64,000 bases of DNA, taken from assembly GCA_012862495.1 (NCBI GenBank), contig BLSG01000215.1:41100-105099 (forward strand). Reading direction: 5' to 3'. The notes beneath the pieces are model-generated. The model saw only the letters and a list, made by a program, of their open reading frames with translations, made no database searches and had not been told where the DNA came from. A program made the translations under genes and the position numbers. Numbering within the stretch: position 1 is the first letter of the stretch; the number at the start of each line of letters is the position of its first letter. This DNA comes from Thraustochytrium aureum (lineage: Eukaryota). Shown here piece after piece: positions 35,271 to 46,200 of this stretch.

Positions 35271-35891
35271 ATGGAGCTTGGCGGCGGGTACAGACGCGTC
35301 TCCGCGCCAACGCCGACCGAAAAGTACAGGCCAAGCTGCTCCTCGCGGGCGGCAGACGGCTTTATTCGCGGCGGGCTTGTGGGCCTCGCGTGGGGCGCGT
35401 TTTTCCACCCACTTGACGAGCTTGTAGCCACCGGATGGATCAAACCGGGGCCGTCGCCGCCGGCAGCAACGAGCGCCGAACCTGCGCCCTCGAAGCCGCA
35501 ACCCAAGGTCACGCAGACAAAGCCTGCCCTCAGAGCGGGTTTGCCAAAGGGAGCCTCGCAGGATGCGCTTCAATTGTCAAGGCCATTTTCTGGGGCCCAG
35601 AAGGGCGCCGGAGAGTTGGCCGTCAACTTTATGCGGTGGAGCGTCCTGCCGCGCTTTCGCAGTATGGGCCAGGCATCGATGATGTTCGGGTGCTTTCTAG
35701 GCACGTTTTCTGGCGTCACGTGCGCCACAGAGCGCGCAACAAAGTCTCGACATTGGGGCTGCGTTTTCGTCGGAGGTTTCTGCGCCGGCGCCCTCCTCGC
35801 CTCTCGCAACGGTTCTCGTGTAGCTGTTCTCGCGACCGCGATGGGCACGGGCGTGCTCACGTCGGCGCTACACTCGGCGTCAAACTTTTGA
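35271..35891 (+). CDS. Tim17/Tim22/Tim23 family membrane protein
   Basis: Gly-zipper TM helices GFIRGGLVGLAWG, FGCFLGTFSGVTCATERA, VFVGGFCAGALL, typical of the Tim17 family. Confidence 0.75.
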   Translation: MELGGGYRRVSAPTPTEKYRPSCSSRAADGFIRGGLVGLAWGAFFHPLDELVATGWIKPGPSPPAATSAEPAPSKPQPKVTQTKPALRAGLPKGASQDALQLSRPFSGAQKGAGELAVNFMRWSVLPRFRSMGQASMMFGCFLGTFSGVTCATERATKSRHWGCVFVGGFCAGALLASRNGSRVAVLATAMGTGVLTSALHSASNF

Positions 35892-36132
35892 GGATTGCTC
35901 CCTCTGAGAAAACCCAACAGCGCCTCGACGCGGATGCTGATCTTCCCGTGCGAAGGGGCCAAATGAGGTCCGACGGCGGCTGGCACGGGTCAGGACTCAG
36001 AAGGCGTCCTTGCGCTTTCTCTACTCTACCTTTGTTTTAAAAAAAATAGGTCTCTACAAGTAGAAAAGCGAAGAAAGCCCAGCTTTACGCTGCGCTTCCC
36101 TGGCGCAAGAGTCTGGCACTCTCCCAGTTGGG

Positions 36133-37407
36133 TCATCCCCAAGGGCTCGCTCCAGCCGACGCCTGCGGGAAACTCGGCGCTCCAATCGGCACGTTGTAGC
36201 GCATACCTTGGTTCTCGTCAGAGCGTATGGCCCACGTTGGTTCAAACGCCTGTCCCGCAGGCGCAAAGACTTGGCCGGAGTTTCCAAAGCCGCTTCCTTC
36301 GGAAACCTGGCCGTGCTCTGGCTGAGGAAAGCCAGACTCGTAGCCTCGGCCCTTCTCCAGCAGTTGTGGGTGGCCAGGCTGCACGTCATGCGGCTGCGCC
36401 CATACACTCGAAGCCGTTGACGCTGCAGAAGCAAGAGACAGGCTGAGCATTGCAGAATGCATTTCTGCGCCCATGTCAGGAAACAGCCCGCCCCATTGCT
36501 GGCTGTTCCGCATTCCATGCTGGCCGAAGCTGGCCACAAACTGGCTAGACTCCGGCGCAATCGAGTCGCCACCAAAGAGGTTGTCGCGATCGCGCTCGGC
36601 CGCAGGAGGGAGGTCGGGCCACGGGCCGCTCGCGCTGCGCTCAGCTGTCTGCCTGGCCCACCCGCGACCGTCAGCTGGAACGGGGCCCAGCAGAGGAGAG
36701 GCTTGTTCGCCCCAAACGCCACGAGCAGACGCCGACGGCGGCAACGGAGGAATCTGCCCAAGGTGGCCCGAGCTGGGGGCGGCAGTCGGCAACGAGCTTG
36801 GCGAGGTCGGGGAGGAAGCCACGCCTAATCCGTGCGGCGTCCAGGAGCTCGCGACACCCGCGCTGCAGCTTCGCTCGCGCGCGCTTTCGCGCTGCGCACG
36901 CTTGGACCCAGCGCGCTTCCCATTCTTTTTGGCGGGCGTGCCCCCAAGGCCCGAGGGAACATCGCCTTGGTCTGCGTTGGGGCTTTTCGAGCGCCAGCTT
37001 GGCTCTGCGTCGCTCTTGCACGCATTGCGGCCAGTGGGAGAGAGCGGCGGGGCTGAGGGAAACGAGCCACCTCGCTGGCGCGCTCCTTTGACGCGGGTGA
37101 GCTCGTACGAAACAGCGCGAAGCGACCGGGGCTTGCCGCGGACGCGCTCTTTGAAGAAGAGGAGGTCAGCCATGGTGTAGCAGAGCTTGTTCTCGCGCCC
37201 CTCCTTGCCCTTCTCCTCCTCTTGGGCAGCTGTCACGTGGCGTTTGGAGGACGGTTCGGCCTGGCGACGCAGCGAGCAGCCAGCATCATCGACGTGCTGC
37301 TCAGTCAGCGCGCTGTCCGAGTCCGAGTCTGACGCATCTTCGTCGTAGGCGATGCAGCTGAAGCTGTTGCCGCTTCCGGGGCCGCGTCCGGCGGCCCTCG
37401 ACGCCAT
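36133..37407 (-). CDS. Low-complexity, probably disordered protein with a YxxxxL-phi motif
   Basis: Long S/G/P/Q-rich ORF filling the space between two genes; motifs NSFSCIAYDEDASDSD and YTMADLLFFK. An alternative start exists at 37518. Confidence 0.6.
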   Translation of the reverse strand: MASRAAGRGPGSGNSFSCIAYDEDASDSDSDSALTEQHVDDAGCSLRRQAEPSSKRHVTAAQEEEKGKEGRENKLCYTMADLLFFKERVRGKPRSLRAVSYELTRVKGARQRGGSFPSAPPLSPTGRNACKSDAEPSWRSKSPNADQGDVPSGLGGTPAKKNGKRAGSKRAQRESARERSCSAGVASSWTPHGLGVASSPTSPSSLPTAAPSSGHLGQIPPLPPSASARGVWGEQASPLLGPVPADGRGWARQTAERSASGPWPDLPPAAERDRDNLFGGDSIAPESSQFVASFGQHGMRNSQQWGGLFPDMGAEMHSAMLSLSLASAASTASSVWAQPHDVQPGHPQLLEKGRGYESGFPQPEHGQVSEGSGFGNSGQVFAPAGQAFEPTWAIRSDENQGMRYNVPIGAPSFPQASAGASPWG

Positions 37408-37999
37408 CGCTCTTCGACCGCGCAGCCTGCCTGCTCGCCAAGCCCCGCTGTCGCTTGCGCGCTCTGCGGCAGAAGGCGCCTGCGCTCGGATGAGATGCTT
37501 TTGGGTTTGCTCCTGCATCTTGTTTACAAGTAGGCAGGCGAAGAGCGCGTCTATTTCTGGCCGAGTCCCTTCACACAGAGACCACGGGGCGATCCGCCTT
37601 AACCGCGCGCTCTCCTTCCCGCCCGCTCGCGCTCCAACACCCGGCGAAGCAAGGCGAGCCACCAAGGCACCACAGGGCCGTTTCGCCCACCCGCCTTAAC
37701 CCTCGTTTGTTCCATGGAGGTCGCTTCGTTCGCTGTTCAAGCATGCAGCGTAACATCAAGGTGTTGGTAGCGCTCGAGGCGGGTGTGCTCGTGTTCTGAT
37801 GAATGCGGCTCCGGCAGACAAGCATGGACGGAGGAGACCCATTGGAGAGCGAGCAGCGCGAGTGCGCAGGGCACTGGGCAGCACAGAGACAGAAGGACAC
37901 AGAAGGACAGACAGCGAGAGAGAAAGAGGCAGGGGGGGCTGGCCGAGGAGCGAGGCCCTGTCAGCGCCTGGGCCCCTTGATTCGCTGCGCTGGCAAGCC

Positions 38000-39109
38000 A
38001 TGTCGGGCGAGGATGCCTGGACCGCGGCTGCGGCTGCGGCCGCCTTGGCTCGGGCACAGGCCACCGACGCGTGGGCGACGTACGGGGCGGCAGAGGACGC
38101 GGGGGCTAGTATTGCTGTGGCGGCCGTGCTCGGGCTGATGCTGTTTGTGGTCGGATCGGTGCTCGAGCCGGTGATCATGTGCTGGTGGGCGAAGCGGCGT
38201 GCGGACGACCCAAGGGAAGCGGCGTTTCCGGGCGGTGGCGGGGTCGCTGGTGGCAAGTTTCCGTCGCTGCTGTTGGATGCAGAGACAGTAGACTTGAGCG
38301 TTGTCGTCTTGGCGCACAATGAGGAAGCACGCCTCGCTGTGCTGCTGGACGACGCGCTTGCGTACCTTCACAACCGCGCCGCTGCTGGGACGAGTTTCGT
38401 CGGCGCCACGTTCGCACAGAGCAGCAGACAGGCTGCGCGCCTGTCGTTCGAGGTGATTGTGGTCGACATGGCGAGCACCGACCAGACAGCGAGCACTGCG
38501 CTTCGGTTCGCCAACAAGTACTCTGCCGACACGGTCCGGCTCTTGCAGCTCCCGTCCTTTCAGGGAAAAGGCGCAGCGGCGGCAAAGGGCGCAATGCGGG
38601 CCCGCGGGCGGTACGTTCTCGTGATGGGCGCAGATGGGGCTATTCCCTTCGAGGATGTAGCGCGTCTCGAGCGCGGCATGCAGCAGACGGAAAACGCTGC
38701 CGGTCTGGGTCTGGTGATCGGGAGTCGAGCGCACCTCTTGGTAACAATGGACGGAGCCATCCAAGAGTCCTTTGCAGCCTCGCAGCGCGTTTTGCTCAAC
38801 GTGTTCCGCGTACTCTTCCAGTTGCTTTGTGTCGCGGACGTTTACGATACCGAGTGCCCCTTCAAGCTCTACTCGCGGGTTGCGGCCCGCAGGCTCTTTG
38901 CGAGCCAGCACGTGCAGTCACTTGGTGTCGACTGTGAGCATCTGTTTTTGGCGCAAGCGATGGGGATTCCCTTCAAGGAGCAGGCGGTTTCTTGGGCTGG
39001 GGGCGCGGAGGCGCCGACGACCCGGTCGATTTTGCTGCTCTTGCGCGATCTGGTGGTTATGAGGGTTTGCTACATGGTCGGTCTCTGGAAGCCGCGCCAG
39101 GCGCCCTGA
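38000..39109 (+). CDS. ALG5-like (dolichyl-phosphate beta-glucosyltransferase, GT2) protein with degenerate catalytic motifs
   Basis: N-terminal TM; LSVVVLAHNEEARL, FEVIVVDMASTDQT, GKGAA, RGRYVLVMGADGA, IGSRAHL, DTECPFKLYSR align in order with ALG5 motifs. Confidence 0.8.
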   Translation: MSGEDAWTAAAAAAALARAQATDAWATYGAAEDAGASIAVAAVLGLMLFVVGSVLEPVIMCWWAKRRADDPREAAFPGGGGVAGGKFPSLLLDAETVDLSVVVLAHNEEARLAVLLDDALAYLHNRAAAGTSFVGATFAQSSRQAARLSFEVIVVDMASTDQTASTALRFANKYSADTVRLLQLPSFQGKGAAAAKGAMRARGRYVLVMGADGAIPFEDVARLERGMQQTENAAGLGLVIGSRAHLLVTMDGAIQESFAASQRVLLNVFRVLFQLLCVADVYDTECPFKLYSRVAARRLFASQHVQSLGVDCEHLFLAQAMGIPFKEQAVSWAGGAEAPTTRSILLLLRDLVVMRVCYMVGLWKPRQAP

Positions 39110-39448
39110 CCCGGGCAGCCGCTCCGCTGCTAGAAACCCGCCAAGCTGGAGCTCGCGCGGCGCGCCATCTCCTCCATCCTCTGATCCTTTAGGTAATCGA
39201 GAGCTCGGGGGGGCGGGCGGGGCCCAACTCCAGCTCTCGTGTGCTGTGCAAGCGCGGAGAACCCGTCCGTCGAGGAGCGCGGCTGCCCCGGCGCGTCGCG
39301 CGCTTGCTCGCCGCAAAACGAAGACGTCGTGCACCGCATGGAGGAACGCCTGGCAGCCGGACGCGGTCGAATCGCCAACAGCTCACCTCCGCAACTTCAG
39401 AAATGAGGGATAGATCTAGCTAGCTAGAGAGTAATGTCAAAGGCTGCT

Positions 39449-42068
39449 CTATATTGCCGTCGAGTCCTCCAGCAGCCCGCCGCTCTCGTGCAGCACGGCG
39501 TGCTGCGGCGAGAACTGGTGCGGGTCGTGCTGGCGTTGCTGCGGATACTCACACCCCGAATGCGTGTTTGCAAACAGCGCCAGAAACACGAGCAAATGCA
39601 GCGTCAGGGCATAGAAGAACACGAAGGAGCGCGTGTACTTGTTCGAGAGGAAAAAGCTCGTCGCGTTGAGCGTTATCTTCTCTGCCGCGTTGAGTTTCGC
39701 GTAACGCCGCTTGCGCTCTCGCGCGCTAAAGTCGTTGAACGGGTTGATCTTGTCTTCGTACATGGTGCGGTACTTGGTCTCCACCTGCCCAGACGCTCCT
39801 GCAGAGCGCCCCTGCACCGAAATCCGGAGCTCACTTTGCTGGTTGGCGTTCAGCCTCGTCCCGCGGCCTTGCCCATAATTTGCGACGGCGCCGATTCTCT
39901 CCGCGGCTCGAGACCCGGACGCGCTCGCGCTGCTCTCTTGCTCAGAGTCTCGCGGCGGCCTTTGTATTTGCGCGTGCGTGGTGTATGTCTGCAAGTACTT
40001 GATCTTTTCGAAGAGGGTCACATTGTCGCTCTGCAGCGTGGACACGTGCTGCTCGGCTTCCTGCAGCCGCCTTGCCAGTGCGTCGCGCTCCTCCTCGAGC
40101 TCGATCATGCGCTTGCGGAACACGTTGCGCTGCTCGTGAACGATACCCAGAAGCGACTCGCCTGAGGCGTTCTGGCCCGTGCCCGGGCCGCCTTCAGCGG
40201 CGGCCAGGTCGCCAAACCCCGAGGTCTGCCGCAATGTCCGAGCAGTCAGGTCACCTGTTGCCGCGAGGAGCAGGTCCGCCGCGGAGGCCGCCGTCGCTGG
40301 ATGTCTCAGGCGCTCCTCCCCGACCTGGTTGCTCGAGCCGAAAGTCTGGTTGGAGTGGGCGTTGATCACGGCGTTGCCGACCTCGAGCCGCCGCACGAGG
40401 GCTTCCTGGTCCTTGAGCCGCTCCTCTGCATTGAACTTTTCGTGCCGCGCGGCGACCAGCTCCTGCTGGCAAGCCTCGAGCTGGACGCGGAGGTTGGTGG
40501 CGGTGGCCTCCAACTTGCGTATGCGGCCGTGGATGAGGAGCTTGCTATCAAAGCCGCCCTCGTCGAGCGCATCGTCGAGGGCACCTCCCTCCGGGCCAAC
40601 GCCGCTTGGGAGCTCAGCGCCAAGATCGATGGCTTGCAGCATTCGCAGTTGCGCCTTGACCTTGTCGAACGACTCTTGGGTCGGGCGCGCCGCGAGCTGC
40701 ACCTTTAGCGCAAAACTCTGCTCGTTCATCGCCTTTATAACGGCTTCGAGCTCGTGGACGCGCTCGCCGTGCCGCTCGAGTTGCGCGTCCAGCTCGGACT
40801 GGTAGCGCATCAGCTCTTGCCGCAGCTGCTCCTCCGTCTCGTGCTTGCGAATCAGCTCGTCCTCGAGCTCGAGCACTCGCGTCCGATCCTGTTCGTGCAC
40901 CTCGCCAGCGCGGTGCAGTTGATCCGCAGCAGTACCCCCCCTGGAAGCACCGCGCCCGGCAAGCTCGGCATTGAGTCGCTCACACTCTGCTTCAAGAGAC
41001 GAGGCCTGGGCCGTGGCGCGCTGCAGGTCGTCGGTGAGGTAGTCGATTTCGGATTGAAGCTGCGCCTCGCTCTCTTCGTTGGCTGCTCGGCAGTCAAACA
41101 GCTCCTCTTGAGCGCGCTGAAGAGCTGCGCGCTCCTCGGCGAGGCAAGAGCGGAGGTCGTTAATCTCAGCCTTGGCCTCGCTTTCCTTCCCTTCAAACTC
41201 GCTGATGCGAGCTTCGAGCTCGGCCAGGAGCTCGCGCTCCTTGGCGGAGGCAGCTTCATGCGCTTTCTGGTTGGTCGCCCGCCGCGCTTCTTCTAGCTCT
41301 GCTTCCAGCTTTCGGATCGCGACGTCCTGGTTTTGCAGGAGGGCAAACTCTTCCTCGTTCTCGTCAAGCTCGCGGCGCAGTCTCTCGTTTTCGATCTCCA
41401 GCTGGGTCACCTTGCCGTTGCGCTCCACGAGCTCCATCATGATGGGCGCAGGGTCGGGGGCCTCGTAAAGGGATTTGTACCTGACGGGACCGCACGAGGC
41501 GCCAGTTCTCCACGCGTCAGCTCAGCGCGCTAAAAGGAGCGGTCGCCACGTTGGCGCCAAAGGACTTACAAGTCTCGAAAGGCGCCGTCCGAGTATCTGG
41601 CGCGCTTGGTCAACCGGTCGATCTCCTCCTGGTACGCGCGCAAGAGCGGGCCAAACCGCTTCGCGCGCTCGTCGGGCTCGTTCAGCTGTCGAAAGGACTT
41701 TGTCTCCTGCGCAAGCCGCTTCCTCGCGGCGACCTTGGGAAGGGCAAACGATGCCATGGTTAGGTATGGAAGACAAGAGCAAACGATGCCATGGTTAGGT
41801 ATGGGAGCCATGGGCTGGCCAACAGGCGGCGCCGCGCGCTCTAGACGCTGTCATGCGTGCGCTTGGCCAGACTTACACTCTTGCTGTGGTTCTCTTCGAT
41901 TTCGATTTCAAACTTGTCCATTTTGCCTTTCTGCTCCTGCAGATCCAGCACTTGCCAGAATCGCACGGCTTCGCTCGCCAAATCGCCATGCGGCCCCCGG
42001 CGTGGGTCCGCTTCGCCGGGCGCGGGCGCGGCGCCGAGCCCGGCGAGTCCAGTCATGACCTGTTCCAT
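39449..42068 (-). CDS. CASP: CASP/Coy1 golgin (CUX1 N-terminal-like, coiled coil, CASP_C with TM); exons 42068-41877, 41733-41570, 41480-39449
   Basis: Spliced product gives ARKRLAQETKSF, YQEEIDRLTKRA, LYKSLYEAPDP, a long coiled coil, LQSDNVTLFEKIKYL, YEDKINPF and TM FVFFYALTLHLLVF. Confidence 0.9.
41481..41569 (-). other. Intron 2 of CASP (89 nt)
   Basis: GTAAGT donor, GCTGAC branch point, TCAG acceptor; restores FRDL|YKSLYEAPDP. Confidence 0.88.
41734..41876 (-). other. Intron 1 of CASP (143 nt) containing a 26-bp direct repeat
   Basis: GTAAGT donor, CCTAAC branch point present twice, TTCCCAAG acceptor; restores NHSKS|VAARKRL. Confidence 0.8.
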
Positions 42069-42441
42069 CGCCCCGTTCGGCCCGCAGCGCGCAGAGCGAA
42101 ACGCGGCGCAGCCGAAATCTTCGGCGATTCAGCGGCCCCTCCGCGGCCCGTTCTAACCAGTGTCGCCCCCGTGCAGCACTCCGTCCAAGCCGGCGTAGGT
42201 ACAAGCAGTTCGAGGCGAGTCCCGTCCGCTTTTCAAGAGCTGGAAGCCAACCAGAAGCACAGGGAGCTCCCAGCGCCGAGTGCCCGCCCGACTTGCTCTG
42301 CAACCGCCCTCCCTGGGCTCCCTCCCGCGCGCTGTCACTCGCTCGCTAGCGCCCCTGTGCGATATGGTTTGGCTGCGCGCTCGGTTTGCATCCTGTGCGG
42401 CTCCTTGGCCCGGTCGGACGCACATCACCAGGGATCCAAAT

Positions 42442-42743
42442 TGACGCACGAAGTGCGGTCCAGCGCATCGTGGAAGGGCCACTGTGACGAGCGCCACAGC
42501 GGGCCGCTGGTTTCTCGTCATCGAGAGGGTAGAGTGACGTGCAGCTGTCGAGGCCTCGTCATGAACTCGGTACGGAGTGTGACGCAACGGATCGCGGCCG
42601 CGTGGGGGCTCTCGTCACACGCGGGGCGGGTCTCGTCACATACGCGGTCCAGTGACGCAACGAAACACGGCCGTGACAGGTGCACGTCACGATAGGAGCT
42701 CAGTGACGAGCGGTGCGTGGAGGGATCGAGTCCCGTGCCGTCA
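42442..42743. promoter_or_regulatory. Array of 12 TGACG/CGTCA motifs in the divergent CASP-REV3 intergenic region
   Basis: Motif starts at 42442, 42485, 42516, 42535, 42557, 42580, 42613, 42634, 42653, 42685, 42704 and 42739, in both orientations. Regulatory function is inferred. Confidence 0.6.
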
Positions 42744-43240
42744 CGTGTGTCTGGCAGACCAGCTTCGGCTGCGGGAGTGGCGCGCGGGGCCGGCAGGGGG
42801 CCGGCGCGGGGCTGGCGCGGAGACATGATAGACCCCCACGGAGCTGGGCAGGACCCCAAGGCAGTGCACCAGTAGCGGCGTTGCGCGAGCTGCTGAACCA
42901 GGACGCGGTTTCGTTTTTCCTTAGCTCTGTGCGAATGGACGCGCGGTCAGAACGGCTGCGGGACGCGTTGCCGCCTGTGAGGCTGTGCAGGCGCCGCGAA
43001 CGTGGTACAGAGGAACAGAGCGCACCGGCTCGGGCTGGCGCAGGGCTTCGCGATGATCTTGTGACAGGCGACCGAGAGTCGCTTTCTGTGAGCGACGGGC
43101 CGACGATGGTTGCAGAGGTGCTCTCGGGGGAGGAGGTTCCGACAGCATCGGTGGGGAGCGGACCTGTGCGCCTGCTGGAGACCAGAGCGGTAAGCGGATG
43201 TGGAAGCACCAGCGAGAGGGGCCCAGCGGCGCTGACCGAC

Positions 43241-46200
43241 ATGCCCCTCTTGCGTGCCAGCTTGATCTACATCGACCACTACAACGACAGGGACGATCTG
43301 CCAGTGATTCGCGTGTTTGGTCGCACCCGGACAGAAACCCCCACAGTGATGCATATCCACGGATGCTTCCCCTATCTGTTTGTCAAGGCTCTACCGCCCA
43401 TTGACACCTTCCCGGAGAGGCTGCGCGCTGCGATCCTCAACTCGCGGTTCGGAAAGGCCCTTGAAAGCGTCCGGCTTTGTCGAGGCCTCGACTTTTACGG
43501 ATTTCACGTCTCGGAGCCTGAGGAGGTCTTCGCAAAGATCGAGATCAAACAACCGCGCATGCTCAGCTCGTTTGGCGCCTTTCTTCAATCTGGCCAGCAC
43601 GAGCTAATGCAATGTTTTCAACCCTACGAGACGCACATCCCCTATCTGCTGCAGTTCATGTCGGACTACGAGCTTGCCGGGATGGGCTTTATAGAGGTCA
43701 GCAACTTTCGACACGTCCCCGCCTCGCGCAAGCAGACGATCGACGCTGGCCAGCCAGAGGGGCGCGCCCGCCTTGAGGTAGACGTAGACGTGCGAGACAT
43801 CATCCCGCCACCGCAGCTTTCGAGCAGCGACCTACGCGTGCCCTCTCTGCGCGCGTGGCTCGATGAGCTGAGAGAGTACGTTTTTGAGAACGAGCCGCCA
43901 CCGGCCCGCACAGCGTCTCTGGTCGACGACCGCGAGAATGTGGATTTAGGGAGCGATCCCATCGTGAAAGCAAAGCTCGCCGCTTGGCTGGATGCTGCCC
44001 TTGNNNNNNNNNNNNNNNNNNNNNNNNNNNNNNNNNNNNNNNNNNNNNNNNNNNNNNNNNNNNNNNNNNNNNNNNNNNNNNNNNNNNNNNNNNNNNNNNN
44101 NNNNNNNNNNNNNNNNNNNNNNNNNNNNNNNNNNNNNNNNNNNNNNNNNNNNNNNNNNNNNNNNNNNNNNNNNNNNNNNNNNNNNNNNNNNNNNNNGACT
44201 CGGGCGACTTGGTTGACGAGGCCCAGATCTCCTCCTCTGAAGATGAGGCGGACGAGGCCCTAAAAGGGGTGGACCCCACAAGCTTTGGCCACGTCGGCAC
44301 CGGACGCGCCGCGAACGATCCACGGAGCCCCTCAAGCCCAAGGAGGGTCAGCCGTGGGGCTGGCGTCGCCGACGAGGACGTTAACTTCACGCAGCAATCT
44401 CTTGAGGAGTGGAACATCGCTATGTCCCAAGACGACGAGCCTCACGAGGTTCTTGCGGCAGCCCATCCCATCGAAAAGGCGGCAGTGGGCGCCGGCGCTG
44501 GGGCGTCCCCGCAACTGTCCAACGCGTCTTCGCCTTCCACGCTGGAGCCTGCCGACTTTGACGTTCGCAGCCTCGGGCTATTTCCAACACCAAAGGCGAG
44601 AAAGCGAGCGCGTTTTTTTGCATCGCCGACCTTCTCTTCTCCAGCGAGCTCCAGTTCGGCCGCGCGCCAGGCTCTGCGCGTACTTCGGCCTCGGAACGAC
44701 CCGCCAACGCTTCTGGACATGTCGGCCTCTGACCCTAGTTGGGAAAACTATTGCGACCACCAAAAAGCCGTTCTTCTCCGACCCGGAAGATGCCCGGCTC
44801 GAGCTAGCGGCAAGCGGACCCCAGGCGCCTCGTGCGTGGCTGCCGAGTAGTCGAGGCGGACAGCGCCGGCCGCTGCGGCCAACCGCATCGGGCGTGGTGA
44901 ACAATCTCGTTGTCCTGGCACCAAAGGCGCCTCCTCCGAGCCGTGCGATTGTCAAGTCTGCCCTCCGCTCCCAAGAGCGGCTTGGCAGCGGGCGCACGGT
45001 GCTAGGACCCCGGTCGAGCGGCGGCGGCGGCGGCGGCGGCGGCAGCGCTGTCGGAATCGAAAAGGTCGACACCGGCGCCCGCAAGCTGGTCGACCGGCAA
45101 AAGTCACCCTCCACGGCCTCCTTCCTCCTGATGGTCGTCGAGGTTATCGGCAAAAGCACGCAAAGGCGCGAGCCCAACCCAAGCAGGGATGAGGTGCTAT
45201 GTGTCGCCGTCGCGGTTTTCAAGGACGACCAAGTCGTCGACAGGCGCCAGTTTTTCGAGACCAAGCTGCACCGCGAGGCTCGCATGCTTGACGCGTTTGC
45301 CGACTATGTGCAGGCCTCCGACCCCGACGCGATCGCTGGGTGGGAGATCCAGCGCAGAGGCCTCGGCTACCTCCTGCAAAGGGCCACCGCGCTTGGGATG
45401 GACGACTTTGCCCTCAAGCTCTCGCGCGTCCCGCGCGGCCCGCAAGACCCCCGGCACATGAACGATCCGTACGGGCAAAAAGCGTACAGCGAGATCTGGC
45501 TCGCGGGTCGGCACGTTTTCAACGTTTGGCGCATGGTCCGCGGGGACATTGACCTCTCGTCGTATTCCCTCGAAAACGTGTGCCAAGCGCTTCTTGGGGA
45601 AAACATTCCAAAATTCAGCGGGTTTGCGCTGTACGAGCTTTTCATGCGACGGAGCTCTCGCCAGCTCGCGCTCGAGCACGTGGACCGCGTCGTCGGCGTC
45701 GTCAACGACGTGATCTTGCACCTGGACATCATTACCAAAGCGGGGGAGTTCTCCAAGCTCCTCGGGCTCGACTTGTTCTCCACGATGACGCGTGGGTCGC
45801 AATTTCGCGTTGAGGGCGTGATGGTTCGCGTTGCGAAGCCACTCAACTACGTCATGCCAAGTCCCGACCGCACGCAGGTGGCCACGCAGCCGGGACTCGA
45901 GTATATTGCGCTCAACCTTGAGCCACAGTCGGCGATGTACTGCGACCCCGTCGCTGTGCTCGACTTTCGTTCGCTGTACCCATCCGTCATAATCGCCTAC
46001 AATCTGTGCTTCTCGACGTTCGTGGGCAAGGTGCGGCGCAACGGCGACGGCGAGCTATCGTACGAGTCTGGCGTCTTTACCACGCGGCCGTGCGACCGGG
46101 CCGGATTCCCGACGCACGCTCAGCTGCGCAACATGCTCCGCCGCGACGAGCTCTTGGTGCTCTCAAGTGGGGCTGTGTTTGTCAAGGAGTCGGTGCGTCG

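Noticed and set aside
42713..43240. 176-aa N-terminal extension of REV3
   Set aside because: The ORF starts at a non-ATG codon, and conserved REV3 sequence begins at the ATG at 43241.
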